Made by a program: the position numbers and the translations under genes
Notes under the pieces: generated by a model
The model's database searches: none
Seen by the model: only the letters and a program-made list of their open reading frames with translations
What the model was told of the DNA's origin: nothing
Shown: piece by piece, positions 11,293 through 23,232 of the stretch
Layout: the number at the start of each line of letters is the position of its first letter
Position numbering within the stretch: the stretch's first letter is position 1
From: Azolla caroliniana
Taxonomy: Eukaryota > Plantae > Polypodiophyta
Reading direction: 5' to 3'
NCBI GenBank assembly: GCA_043228905.1
Contig: JBHGNT010000005.1
Span: 9,052,001 to 9,116,000 of the forward strand
Length of the DNA: 64,000 bases

Positions 11293-14225
11293 TCTGAACC
11301 CATTCAGGTTGTCCTAGGTAGTTTTGTGTGTGTGGTATCATTTAATATAATTAGTAGTCCAGAGCATCCCATTATCCTGGGATTACCTTGGTTTGAATTA
11401 CATAATCCAGACATAGATTGGAGAACAAGAGAAGTCTGGTCTTGACAACCCCAAAAATCTACTCATCGAGTTTCGACCATTTCACTCCATCAACTACGCG
11501 AAGAAGGACACAAGGAGGCAATGTTTCTATTTGCAATATCAGTAAATCCGTCTAGCAATATTAAGAAGGAATCCTTAGTGCAACTTTTGGCAAAATATCA
11601 TCCTTATGCCGATGTATTTGACAAGGTAAAAGGCGGTACTCTTCCTCATCATCGTCCCTACGATTGTCCCTACGATTTACAACCAGGAGTAGAGCCACCA
11701 TGGGGACCAATTTACAACGTGTCACCAACCGATTTAGAAGTCCTTCAAGCCTACATAGAGGAGAATTTGGCAAGCGGGTTTATTCGTCATTCGAAATCTC
11801 CGGCCGGTGTCAAGAAGAAAGATGGATCACTTCGTCTCGTCGTTGATTACCGCGGCTTGAATAAGGTCACCATCAGGAATAGGTATGCACTTCGTCTTAT
11901 ATCAAGTCTTTTAGAGCGAATAAATGGTGCCAAATTTTTTACAAAAATCGATCTACGAGGAGTGTATAACCTTGTGCAGATCCGACTGGGAGACGAATGG
12001 AAGACCGCCTTTCGCACACGGTATGGGCATTTTGAGTATACCGTTATGCCAGTTCGGTCTAACCAATGCGCCCGCAGTCTTCCAACACATGGTAAATGAT
12101 ATATTCAGAGACCTCTTGGATATCTGTTTGATCATCTATCTGTATGATCTATTGATTTATTCGAAGACCCAGGAAGAGCATGATTCTCATGTACTATTAG
12201 TACTAAAACGACTCCGAGAGAATGGTCTTTATGCCAAACTAGAAAAATGTGGCTTTGACTGCAAGCAAGTGGAATTTCTAGGCTACGTCATCTCCTCAAA
12301 GGGCATTTCCATGGATCCGGCTAAAGTCAAAACTGTGCTAGAGTGGCAAACTCCACGTTCGTTATGAGATGTACAATTTTTCTTACGTTTTGCTAACTTC
12401 TACCGCAAGTTTATACAAGATTACTTGAAAATTATTTTACCTCTCACACACCTTACGAAGAAGGGACATGCATTTCTTTGGTCCAAAGAAGCGGACATGG
12501 CTTTTCGGCATCTTAAGAAAGCCTTTACATCAGCTCCTATTCTAGCTCATGTGGATACAAACAAACCATTCATCATGGAGGCCGGCGTACATGGCAAAGA
12601 GTTATTAGCCATCGTGGATTCATTTGTGCAATGGAGGCACTTCTTAGAGGGCTCTCCACATCAGGTCATCCTCTTCAATGATCACAAAAACCTTGCTTAT
12701 TTCCAGAATGTTCACGTGTACTAAATCGACGACAAGCTTGATGGGCCCAATTCCTCACGCGTTTTGACTTCAAAATGACATATCGACCGGGGAAGCAGCA
12801 AGGAAAAGCAGATGCACTATCGTGGAGTTCATATCTTGCACCTTGTCCTGGTGATCCAACATTTGATAATCAAAAGTAGGTGATCTTGGGACCAACACGT
12901 TTGCACACAACGCAGATTTTTCACACTCCACTAGATTCCTGGATTATCGATGCCATACGTGCTAACCTGAAGACGGACAATTTTGCTCAAGCCATTCTAG
13001 CGCACATTGATACCTCTTGGGCATCTTGTTCCCAGTCTCAACAACCAGGTATGGACTACCAACAATTCGAATATCATGATGATTTATTGTTCTTTAAAAG
13101 GCTCGTATATGTTCCCGATTGCTCTTGTCGCCTTCAAATCGTCCAAAATTGTCACGACACCCATACAACGGGACATTTCGGTAGTACGAAGACGTTGGAT
13201 CTAGTTCAAAGATCCTTTTGATGGCCCCATATGCAACATTTTGTCAATGACTACGTTTGGACCTGTGATGCTTGCTGCCGAGCAAAGATGCCACGACATC
13301 ATCCATATGGCTTGTTGGAGCCCTTAACGATTCCAAGTAAGCCGTGGCAGTCTATTTGTCTTGATTTTATCACAGATCTGCCAGTCTCGAAGGGTTTCAA
13401 TGCCATCCTAACCGTCGTTGATCGATATACTAAGATGGCACATTTTGTGCTGTGTACTAAGACCATCACTAGTGAGGAAACCGTCGCCCTTGTCATGCAT
13501 GAGGTATTTCGGCACTATGGCCTCCCAGACAGTATCATCAGTGTTTGAGGACCTCAATTCGTCTCCAAATTTTGGAAGCATCTCTTCAAGATGCTCAAGG
13601 TCTCTTGTAACCTCTCCTCCGGCTACCATCGCCAAACCGATGGGTAGGCGGAACGAACAAATCAAACGCTCGAACAATACCTCCGGTGTTTTCTGAGTTA
13701 TCAGCAAGACGATTGGGCTGATATTCTCCACTTTGCGGAGTTTGCTTATAATAACGCTATTCACTCCTCGACTCAGGTCTCCCCATTTTACGCTTATACT
13801 AGTTCTCATCCTCGCTGGTTTGTGATCGACACCCCAGAGCTACCTACCAATCCTCATGCCGAGGATCATTTGGAGAGGCTACGCAAGATCCAGATGGATC
13901 TCTCTACTCATCTTCATCATGCTCAACACACACAAAAGGCTTATGCAGATCATCATCGGCGTCCCTCCTCTTTTTCCATCGGAGATCGAGTATGGCTCTT
14001 ACGTCGTCACATCAAGACTACTCGACCGTGCGACAAGTTGGATTATCGACGACTCGGTCCTTTCTGTATTACCAGTAAGGTTAATGATGTCACATTCTAC
14101 CTTGATCTTCCTCCGCCTCTTCAGATACATCCGGTCTTCCATAGTTCTCTTCTTAAACCTTATAAAACAAACACCATTCCTGATCGTGTTACACCACCGC
14201 CGCCCCCGCTTGAGTTAGACGCCAG

Positions 14226-16013
14226 TGTCGTGATGTGGTGTGCTCGAGAGTGAGAAAAACCGGCGAAAGGGGGGGGTAAACAATGAGTATGTGCAATGTG
14301 TGTGCACACAAAAGCGATTAATTGTGCATATGCAAAATAAAAAGGAAAAGAAAGGGTGAAAAGGAGGTATAGAAGCTCATGCAAAAAGTAAGAGAGAGGA
14401 GAGATAAAAGGTAGAGGGGAGACAAGCTATAAATTTATAGAGATAGAATGATATATTATATAAGATAGAGTTAGTGGGCTAGTGGATTGTCACATTGACT
14501 ACTAGTTGGAGGTGCACGGTTCGAATTTGGACTTACAATGCAACGTGATTTAAGGAGTTTTATTCCTTTTTCATTGAAGACAAATTTGGCGACCCCCCCT
14601 TCTTTTTTTCCTATAAAAGGAGGTTGAGGGGGGCTCATTCGGGAGGACGTTTTGGGAGGAGGAGACTATCGCCAATTTTCCTTCAAAGCTCTTCATCTCC
14701 TTATTCACCACTTCTCTTCATCTCATACCCCTTCATCCCCCCATCGCCACGTGCTCGTCTTCTTCGCATTGGCACTCGAAGTGCTCGTGAGCCCAAGCTT
14801 CGTTGGTTCGACGTGGCTCCGCCCCGTTCGTTGTTGCGAGCCCGTGTGCTCGCCGCCGTTCGGGTGATCATGGTTCATTGGGATTGGCATTTTGGTGGTG
14901 CTTGTGTGTTCATCTTCGCCGTGTTCGGATTTGCTTTTGTCTCTAAGGGCATTTAATATTTATGTTTTGATTGAGCTTGTGGTTAACTATAAGTTTCCAT
15001 TGTAAACAAAACCCTATTTTATAAAGGGTCCTCTTGCGTTGGAATTGAACATGTATTTATCTCTTTGGTCGATATCATTCGTGTTTCTTTCTCTCCTTCT
15101 TTCTTTAGTCGTGTCTTCCTTGTATGTTCGGCTGTCTTGTGACGAGGGGACCGTTCGGGCTTGCCCATGAACCTCTCCTCCTCATAAAGGTGTACGAGCA
15201 TTTTGTGCGTGTGTTTGTGTCTTCCTTGTACGTTCGGCCGTCTCGTGATGAGGGGACCGTTCGGGCTTGCCCATGCACCTCTCCTCCTCATAAAGGCGTA
15301 CGAGCATTTGTGTGTGTGTTTGTGTCTTCCTTGTACGTTCGGCCGTCTCGTGACGAGGGAGCGTTTCGGGCGTGCTCATGCACCTCTCCACCTCATAAAG
15401 ACGTACGAGCATTTTGTGCGTATGTTTGTGTCTTCCTTGTACGTTCGGCCGTCTCGTGACGAGGGACTGCTTCGGGCTTGCCCATGCACCTCTCCTCCTC
15501 ATAAAGGCGTACAAGCATTTTGTGCTATGTTTGTGTCTTCCTCATACGTTTGGTTGTCTCGTGACGAGGGAGCGTTCGGGCTTGCCCATGCACCTCTCCT
15601 CCTCATAAAGGCGTACGAGCATTTGTGCATGTGTTTTGTGTCTTCCTCGTACGTTCGACGTCTTGTGACGAGGGAGTGTTCGGGCGTGCCCATGCACCTC
15701 TCCTCCTCATAAAGACGTACGGACATTCATGTTTGTGTTATCGTCCCCTTATGCGTTCATGTTGCGTGCTCATCTTGCTTGTACCCGTTTGGTCACTTGG
15801 TTCGTGCGGTGATCTCGGAAGGTCGACGAGTCATGATCAACGAGAGCCACCGGCCTCACAAAACAAAGGGCAACGAGACCTTGCTCGGGAAGGGGTCGGG
15901 AAGTAGTATTATTGTAAAGCAAACCTCGGGTCTTCTCTATCTCTTGAGTACTCCCTAGTCCAAGACCCCCGTGGTCCCGCCCAAGTAACACATGTGAGCG
16001 AAACTTCGCGACA
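14226..16013 (+). mobile_element. Solo-LTR-like element D (TGTCG...CGACA family), 1788 bp
   Basis: Termini TGTCGT/CGCGACA; 4-bp TSD CCAG/CCGG. Removing it restores G's frame LELDAGPEYEV. TATA-like CTATAAAAG at about 14611. Confidence 0.85.
15111..15730 (+). repeat. Tandem array of about 105-bp units (about 6 copies) inside D
   Basis: GTGTCTTCC recurs at about 15217, 15322, 15428, 15533 and 15638; core CGTGACGAGGGA..TTCGGGCTTGCCCATGCACCTCTCCT. Confidence 0.9.
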
Positions 16014-16537
16014 CCGGCCCGGAGTATGAAGTTGTTGCCATCCTCGACTCCAAATTTGTTCGCAACAAACTTTATTATTTGGTCGATTGGCTTGGCTATA
16101 GTCCGAGCGAACGTACTTGGGAACCCGTCGAGCATGTCGCCAATGCTCACGATCTTCTTGCTGATTTCCACCGACAATATCCGGACAAACCCGGTCCTCA
16201 ATCAGCGCCGACTCGTTACACTCATCATCTTAAGGGGGGGGATAGTGTCATGATATGGCAAGACTCGAACTCATGACCTTATGTTAAATGGGTCGAGCTC
16301 TTGACCATTATACCATCTATTGTAATACGTAACATATTATTTTCATTTAAGTTTTATTATAGGAAATTAATGTATATTCCAGATTTCTCTGGAACATTCT
16401 AGAAGCTTCAGGACTCCTCCCGAGAACACTAAAAAAGGAGGCACAAGGAATTATGTTGAACCAAATTGGTTCAACGCCAGTGTTAAGCCTCATAGCCATA
16501 TTGTAGTTACTCTTCATATAATATATCATCTGTTATC

Positions 16538-16599
<62 letters not shown>

Positions 16600-17785
16600 C
16601 TCGCAGGAGTCTTATGCAATCCCGTCCTCTTAGTACTAATAGTACTTCCCTTCTCCAGTACTAATTCTATCTCTGTTTTAGTACTATTCCTGACAGTATG
16701 TCCATGAGCTAGTGTGAAACCTATTACTATGGGAAGTTGAGTTCGACTCTCAACACGCCCCTTCGAACACAACTTCCATCCGTCGAAAGGTTGTTTCGGT
16801 TTGGTCTTTAGAATTCGGCTTCCAGAGTTCGTAATCCTCGAATTCAATTGTTTGGCTAAATTTCGTCTTTGTGCTCGGTTCGATTAATCTGCGTGTTGCG
16901 TACTGGGTCAATTTCGTACAATGTGCGTGTCGCCTGCAATACTCCCCCTCAAGCTCCGCAATGTGGATGTCGTGAGCCCAAGGTCTGATGCGAATTGCCC
17001 GAGCTTGTCGACCCCTAAGGCCTTTGTAAAAATATCAGCAATCTGGAGGTGCATACTGATATGTTGTAGATCGATTTCTCCGGCCAGTACGCGCTTCGAT
17101 GTGTTTAGTTCCCGTGTGGAGGACGGGGTTCCGAGTGAGGTAGATGTTGCTCATGTTGTTGCAGAAGAGGCGAATTGGATTCGTAATGGGAACACCCAGA
17201 TCCTTCAGTATGTGCTTTAGCCATATGGTGACTGCCGCGCCCCTATATTCGGCCTCCGTGGTTGATAGTGTGATTGTCGGCTACCGAGGGAGAAGATGAA
17301 TCCGGATGTGGATCATCTATCCGCTTAGTAGCCTGGCCAGTCCACATCTGTGTATCCTTCGAGTCGAATGGTCGTATTTGACTTATACATAATGTCGTAA
17401 TCCATCGTAGTATGGACATACCGGAGTATCCTCTTAGCACAATCGAGATGAAGGTTTCGCGGATTCTGGATGAATTGGCTAAGTAGGCCAACCGAATAAT
17501 TGAGATCGGGTCGCGTAATGGTGAGATAGATTAAGTTGCCGATAAGTTGACGATACTGAGTTGACTCGCACACGGATGTGACTGAAATCGACATCCATCT
17601 TGAGATTACGGTTGAGAGGGGTGGACACAGGTTTGCATTCGGTCATTCCGAACTTGTAGAGCAAGTTGAGAATGCAGTGCCGTTGAGAGATCATTATTCC
17701 GACTGGTATCCGAATTACTTCAATGCCTAGGAAGTAATGGAGCTCGTGCAGGTCTTTCATTTCGAATCTGCCAGAGAGAAGTGAT

Positions 17786-18157
17786 TGTTGGGATTTTCGG
17801 TCCCTCCGGAGATGAATGACGGCAAGCCTGGTTGCGGTTATGGAACCGGAGGATGAAGAGTACCCGGTTACGGAGCCGGATGATGAAGACCCCGGCTACG
17901 GAGCCGGATGACGAAGAGAAGACCCCGGCTACGGAGCCGGATGACGAAGACCCCGGCTACGGAGCCGGATGATGAATGTACCCGGAGAGAGATCCGGATG
18001 CGGGGACATATTTGTGAATATGTTTGCCAAGGGCCCTTGAGGCTATATTTGTAAATAGCCCGAAAGTCATATGTGTATAAATATGACTTAGGGCAAACAG
18101 TTTAGTGACTGTTGCTCATTTTCTGTTTTCCACTTAGAGAGAGTGAAGAGAGCAGCC

Positions 18158-18188
<31 letters not shown>

Positions 18189-21100
18189 GAAGAGGTCGTT
18201 GCCTCTGTGTATTACCGCCGCCTGTGGCGAAGACAGTGAGCTCAAGGTTGTTGCCTTGTGGCTTCACCATTGTACATCTCTGTTCATAGTGATAGTTGGA
18301 GTTTGAGGACTTCCGTGGTTTTTCCCATTTAGGGTTTTCCACGTAAAACATCCTGTGTACTTTTCTCTCTATTGTCTTCGTGTATTTTGTATTTCCTATT
18401 TTCTGTGAGTTGATCCTATTCCTCGGTTGTGGCCGAGCACCGTGTTCAACAAAGTGGTATCAGAGCACGGTTAACACAGAAAATGGAAGGCGGCGGTAGT
18501 GGGCCTCCGGGCATGATGGTGTTGAACTCACAGAACTACGCCGACTGGAAGATAAAGATGGAAGACCTTCTCATCGTCCGAGACCTGTACGAACCGATCG
18601 ACAATGCCGAGATACCCAAGGGGGTAATAGAGTCGGAGTGGAAGCTCCTGAACCGAAAAGCCGTAGCGACGATCCGGCAATATGTAGATGTAAGTGTTCT
18701 GCAACATGTGGCGAACGACACCAACGCATATGAGATGTGGAAGAAGCTGTCGGGCCTCTACGAGAGGAAGAATGCGTTGAACCGGACCTCCCTGATGAGG
18801 AAGATAGTGAACCTCAAGTACCGGGACGGCGAGAATATGGTGGAACACGTGAGCACGTTCATGGGATTCGTGAACCAGCTTGCGGCGATCAAGTTCCCGT
18901 TGGAGGATGCAATGCAAGCCATCATTCTGATGTGTACATTGCCGGAAAGCTGGGAGAACTTGGTGGTGACTCTCAGCACCTCCTGCACCGAAGATAACTT
19001 GTCTCTACAAACGGTAAAGACAAGCATTTTGAACGAAGAAGCGCGTCGGAGAGATAAAGAACCGGTTTCCGATCCGAAGATGTTGCTTACCGAATCGGAT
19101 CGGGGAAGACAATGGAACCGGAGTCCGCAAAGACGGGAGAAGTCGGGGACCCGGTCGCAGTCAAGAGGAAGACCCACATGCTTCCACTGTGGGAAGCCGG
19201 GGCACTTCCGGAAGAATTGTCGGCATTACCGAAAGGACAACGGAGCCGACGACACCGATTCGAAGAAGTCACCGGAGAGAAACGGTGCATACCGGGGAGC
19301 CACGGACCGGAGAGGTCCGGATCGGCGAGGGCAGGACCGGAAAGGAACGACGGCACTCGCGGCAAGTGAAGAAGAGATAATGCTCATTAGCGAAGAGAGG
19401 GAGCTGAACCTTGCCGGTGTAGAGATGACCTGGGTGGTCGATTCCGGAGCGTCGTTCCACCTGACCCCGGAGAAGAAATACTTCTCATCCTACACAGCCG
19501 GTGAGCACGGCTGTGTCCGGATGGGAAATGAAGGCACATGTCGGATTGCCGGCATAGGAGACGTGTGGCTGATGACATCAACCGGATGCAAGATGCTGCT
19601 GAAGGATGTACGACACGTTCCGGAGGTCCGATTGAACCTGATTTCGGCCGGGAGGCTAGACGATGAAGGCTACACAGGTAGCATCCGGAACGGTGTCATG
19701 AAGTTCAGCAAAGGGAGCCTGATAGTGGCTCGGGCCCGGAAGGTCAACACATTGTACCTGATGAATTCCCGGCTATGTCCGGAGGAGCTGAACGTGGCTG
19801 CCGATACTGCCGGTGAGCTGTGGCACAAAAGACTGTGTCACATGAGTGAGAAGGGGATGAAGAGGCTTGCAGAAGACAACCTTATTCCAGTGAAGCATGT
19901 GCACCTGGAGAAGTGCACCGATTGCCTGGCCGGTAAACAGAACCGAACCTCCTTCCACTCAAGGCCACCGACGAGACGTAGTGTACCATTGGAATTGGTA
20001 CACACTGATGTGTGTCAGGTAGAAACGAAGTCACATGGCGGAGCCCAGTACTTCGTAACATTCATAGATGACCATAGCCGGAAGCTGTGGACGGCACCGT
20101 TGAAGACAAAGGACCAAGTATTGTCCGTCTTCAAAGAACTCCACGCGAGAGTGGAAAGGGAATCCGGCAAGGAGCTGAAAGCGATACGAGCGGATAACGG
20201 AGGGGAATACCGGGGGCAGTTCGAGGAGTACTGTCGCTCGAAGGGAATCCGGCTCGAGTTCACTGTGCCGAAGACGCCGGAACTGAACGGGCTGGCCGAG
20301 AGGATGAACCGGACCATAATGGAGAGGCTCCGGAGTATGCTGGCGCATGCGAAATTACCCAAGGGGTTTTGGGCTGAGGCAATGTCGACGGCGACATACG
20401 TGATAAACAGATCACCCTCAGTACCTTTGGACGGAGACACGCCGCAGAGAGTATGGACCGGTAGGGAAGTATCCTACTGGCATCTGAAGGTGTTCGGGTG
20501 TCTCGCATATGTGCATGTGGCAAAGGACCGGAGAGGAAAGCTAGACCCAAAGACCCGGCCATGCATATTCCTCGGTTACGGCGACGATGAGTTCGGCTAC
20601 CGAGTGTGGGACCCGGTCGACAAAAAGATATTCCGGAGTCGTGATATCATCTTCATGGAGGACAAGACACTCGCCGACTGGGAGTCGGAGAAGAAGATGA
20701 AGAGCTCCAAGTCGTCCGGTGAGGATCAACTCTACGAGGAGCAGTCCCGACCGGCAAGGGACCGGTTAGCACCCGAGGATCCGGCCGAAGACGGTGAAGA
20801 AACAGAACCGGCCGAGGAAGATGAAACTGATACCGGAACCGGCCCCGATCCCAAAATGGATTCGGATGAAGAGGAAACGGAGGAGCCGGTTACCGAAGCT
20901 CCGGAACGGAGATATCCTCTAAGAGAGAGAAGGGCCCCCCGGAGATTTCCGGAACCAGAGCACGTGCTGCTAACCGACGAGGGGGAGCCGGAGAGTTTTG
21001 AAGAAGCAAAGCTTGACACCCATAGCCGCAGGTGGTTAAGTGCCATGCAGGAGGAGATGGATTCCCTGCATGAGAACCACACATATGAACTTGTGGAGTT

Positions 21101-22938
21101 GCCGAAAGGAAAGCGGGCACTTCGAAACAAGTGGGTGTTCAAGCTGAAACCGGGAGATGCCGGAAACCCCCCGAGATACAAAGCCAGGATCGTGGTGAAG
21201 GGGTTTCAGCAGAAGAAGGGCGTCGACTTCGACGAGATATTTGCCCCGGTAGTGAAGATGACCTCCATCCGGACGGTGCTGAGCATAGCGGCAAGCATGG
21301 ACCTCGAGGTAGAACAGATGGACGTGAAGACGGCATTCCTTCACGGTGACCTCGAAGAAGAGATCTACATGCAGCAACCGGAAGGATTCGAGAAGAAAGG
21401 GAAGGAGCACCTGGTATGCCGGTTGAAGAAGAGCCTTTACGGACTGAAGCAGGCTCCCCGGCAATGGTACCGGAAGTTCGACTCTTTCATGACCGACGAA
21501 GGGTACCACAAAACGCAGTCCGATCACTGCGTGTTTGTGAAGAAGTTCGAAGGAGGAGACTTTCTAATACTCCTCCTGTACGTGGACGACATGTTGATCG
21601 TCGGACGGGACCAGGTCAAGATACAGATGCTGAAGAAAGCGCTTCACCGAACCTTCTCAATGAAGGACCTGGGTCCGGCGAGGCAAATACTAGGGATGCA
21701 CATCATCCGGGACCGGAAGAAGAAGCAGTTGTGGCTGTCACAGGAGAAGTACGTGACAAAGGTGCTTCACCGGTTCAACATGTCGGAAGCAAGACCGGTC
21801 GGGTCAACCCTCCCGGCAAACTGCAAGTTGTCCAGCAAGCAAAGCCCCAAGACAAAGGCTGAGAAGGAGGACATGATGAAAGTACCATATGCCTCTGCCG
21901 TCGGAAGCTTGATGTACGCAATGGTGTGTACAAGACCGGACATAGGATATGCAGTCGGAGTGGTGAGCCGGTACATGAGCAATCCCGGCAAAGAGCACTG
22001 GAACGCGGCCAAGTGGATACTCCGATACCTGAAGGGCACGTCAAACGTATGCCTCCGATTCGGCTCCGGTAAGCCCGAACTCGACGGCTTTACCGATTCG
22101 GATATGTCGGCCGATGCAGATACCAGCCGGTCCACATCAGGGTATGTGATGACGTATGCAGGGGGAGCTGTTTCGTGGCAGTCGAGGCTGCAGAAGACGG
22201 TTGCGTTGTCAACCACGGAGGCGGAGTACATGGCGGCCGTTGAAGCCGGCAATGAAATAATATGGATGAAGGACTTCATTAGAGAGCTCGGTATCCGGCA
22301 GGAGGAGTACCGACTCTACTGCGACAGTGAGAGTGCCATCCACCTTGCGAAGAATGCGGCCTATCACTCCCGGACGAAGCACATCCAGCGTAGATACCAC
22401 TGGATCCGGGAAAGGATAGAAGACAAGGAGTTCGTGCTGACGAAGATCCACACGGACGAGAACGGGTCGGATATGCTGACCAAGGTACTTACACCCGACA
22501 AGCTGGAAGCATGCCGGAAGAGGATCGGATTGGAGAGACATCCCATGCCGAAGTGAAGGGGGAGTTTGTTGGGATTTTCGGTCCCTCCGGAGATGAATGA
22601 CGGCAAGCCTGGTTGCGGTTACGGAACCGGAGGATGAAGAGTACCCGGTTACGGAGCCGGATGATGAAGACCCCGGCTACGGAGCCGGATGACGAAGAGA
22701 AGACCCCGGCTACGGAGCCGGATGACGAAGACCCCGGCTACGGAGCCGGATGATGAATGTACCCGGAGAGAGATCCGGATGCGGGGACATATTTGTGAAT
22801 ATGTTTGCCAAGGGCCCTTGAGGCTATATTTGTAAATAGCCCGAAAGTCATATGTGTATAAATATGACTTAGGGCAAACAGTTTAGTGACTGTTGCTCAT
22901 TTTCTGTTTTCCACTTAGAGAGAGTGAAGAGAGCAGCC

Positions 22939-22969
<31 letters not shown>

Positions 22970-23232
22970 GAAGAGGTCGTTGCCTCTGTGTATTACCGCC
23001 GCCTGTGGCGAAGACAGTGAGCTCAAGGTTGTTGCCTTGTGGCTTCACCATTGTACATCTCTGTTCATAGTGATAGTTGGAGTTTGAGGACTTCCGTGGT
23101 TTTTCCCATTTAGGGTTTTCCATGTAAAACATCCTGTGTACTTTTCTCTCTATTGTCTTCGTGTATTTTGTATTTCCTATTTTCTGTGAGTTGATCCTAT
23201 TCCTCGGTTGTGGCCGAGCACCGTGTTCAACA
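17786..23232 (+). mobile_element. Intact, very young Copia element I (Tnt1/Tork-like)
   Basis: 666-bp LTRs at 17786-18451 and 22567-23232, differing at only two positions that I could find; perfect TSD GTGAT; iMet PBS 18455-18466; PPT 22551-22566; a single uninterrupted ORF. Confidence 0.97.
18483..22556 (+). CDS. Copia gag-pol polyprotein, 1357 aa from the first ATG after the PBS
   Basis: CCHC knuckle CFHCGKPGHFRKNC; PR DSGAS; HHCC and DDE integrase (HTDV, RADNGGEY, AERMNR); RT LYVDDML; RNase H (FTDSD, TTEAEY, CDSES). Confidence 0.95.
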   Translation: MEGGGSGPPGMMVLNSQNYADWKIKMEDLLIVRDLYEPIDNAEIPKGVIESEWKLLNRKAVATIRQYVDVSVLQHVANDTNAYEMWKKLSGLYERKNALNRTSLMRKIVNLKYRDGENMVEHVSTFMGFVNQLAAIKFPLEDAMQAIILMCTLPESWENLVVTLSTSCTEDNLSLQTVKTSILNEEARRRDKEPVSDPKMLLTESDRGRQWNRSPQRREKSGTRSQSRGRPTCFHCGKPGHFRKNCRHYRKDNGADDTDSKKSPERNGAYRGATDRRGPDRRGQDRKGTTALAASEEEIMLISEERELNLAGVEMTWVVDSGASFHLTPEKKYFSSYTAGEHGCVRMGNEGTCRIAGIGDVWLMTSTGCKMLLKDVRHVPEVRLNLISAGRLDDEGYTGSIRNGVMKFSKGSLIVARARKVNTLYLMNSRLCPEELNVAADTAGELWHKRLCHMSEKGMKRLAEDNLIPVKHVHLEKCTDCLAGKQNRTSFHSRPPTRRSVPLELVHTDVCQVETKSHGGAQYFVTFIDDHSRKLWTAPLKTKDQVLSVFKELHARVERESGKELKAIRADNGGEYRGQFEEYCRSKGIRLEFTVPKTPELNGLAERMNRTIMERLRSMLAHAKLPKGFWAEAMSTATYVINRSPSVPLDGDTPQRVWTGREVSYWHLKVFGCLAYVHVAKDRRGKLDPKTRPCIFLGYGDDEFGYRVWDPVDKKIFRSRDIIFMEDKTLADWESEKKMKSSKSSGEDQLYEEQSRPARDRLAPEDPAEDGEETEPAEEDETDTGTGPDPKMDSDEEETEEPVTEAPERRYPLRERRAPRRFPEPEHVLLTDEGEPESFEEAKLDTHSRRWLSAMQEEMDSLHENHTYELVELPKGKRALRNKWVFKLKPGDAGNPPRYKARIVVKGFQQKKGVDFDEIFAPVVKMTSIRTVLSIAASMDLEVEQMDVKTAFLHGDLEEEIYMQQPEGFEKKGKEHLVCRLKKSLYGLKQAPRQWYRKFDSFMTDEGYHKTQSDHCVFVKKFEGGDFLILLLYVDDMLIVGRDQVKIQMLKKALHRTFSMKDLGPARQILGMHIIRDRKKKQLWLSQEKYVTKVLHRFNMSEARPVGSTLPANCKLSSKQSPKTKAEKEDMMKVPYASAVGSLMYAMVCTRPDIGYAVGVVSRYMSNPGKEHWNAAKWILRYLKGTSNVCLRFGSGKPELDGFTDSDMSADADTSRSTSGYVMTYAGGAVSWQSRLQKTVALSTTEAEYMAAVEAGNEIIWMKDFIRELGIRQEEYRLYCDSESAIHLAKNAAYHSRTKHIQRRYHWIRERIEDKEFVLTKIHTDENGSDMLTKVLTPDKLEACRKRIGLERHPMPK

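Larger units (their letters stand above)
3890..16695 (+). mobile_element. Ty3/Gypsy chromovirus G (Tcn1-like), full length but pseudogenised
   Basis: LTRs 3890-4311 and 16246-16695; PPT AAGGGGGGGGATAG 16232-16245; TSD GCATG/GTATG. Domain order: gag (4381-5537, CLYCGGLGHIAINC), PR (LLDSGA), RT (KTAFRTRYGHFEY), RH, INT with GPF, chromodomain (YEVVAILDS..YYLVDWLGY, about 16020-16180). Confidence 0.93.

Noticed and set aside
14468-14535. True tRNA genes at the A/B-box modules
   Set aside because: I could not build convincing acceptor and anticodon stems, and all copies lie within LTRs. Reported only as tRNA-like promoter modules.
15019-15906. Repetitive Cys-rich ORFs here and at 27929-29000
   Set aside because: They are translations of the tandem arrays in D and E and are open in several frames.
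18429-18482. ORF-track start of the 1375-aa polyprotein
   Set aside because: It begins at a GTG inside the LTR and crosses the PBS; the ATG at 18483 is the plausible start.
18528-22606. Many antisense and alternative-frame ORFs over Copia I
   Set aside because: Shadow ORFs of GC-rich coding sequence with no recognisable motifs.
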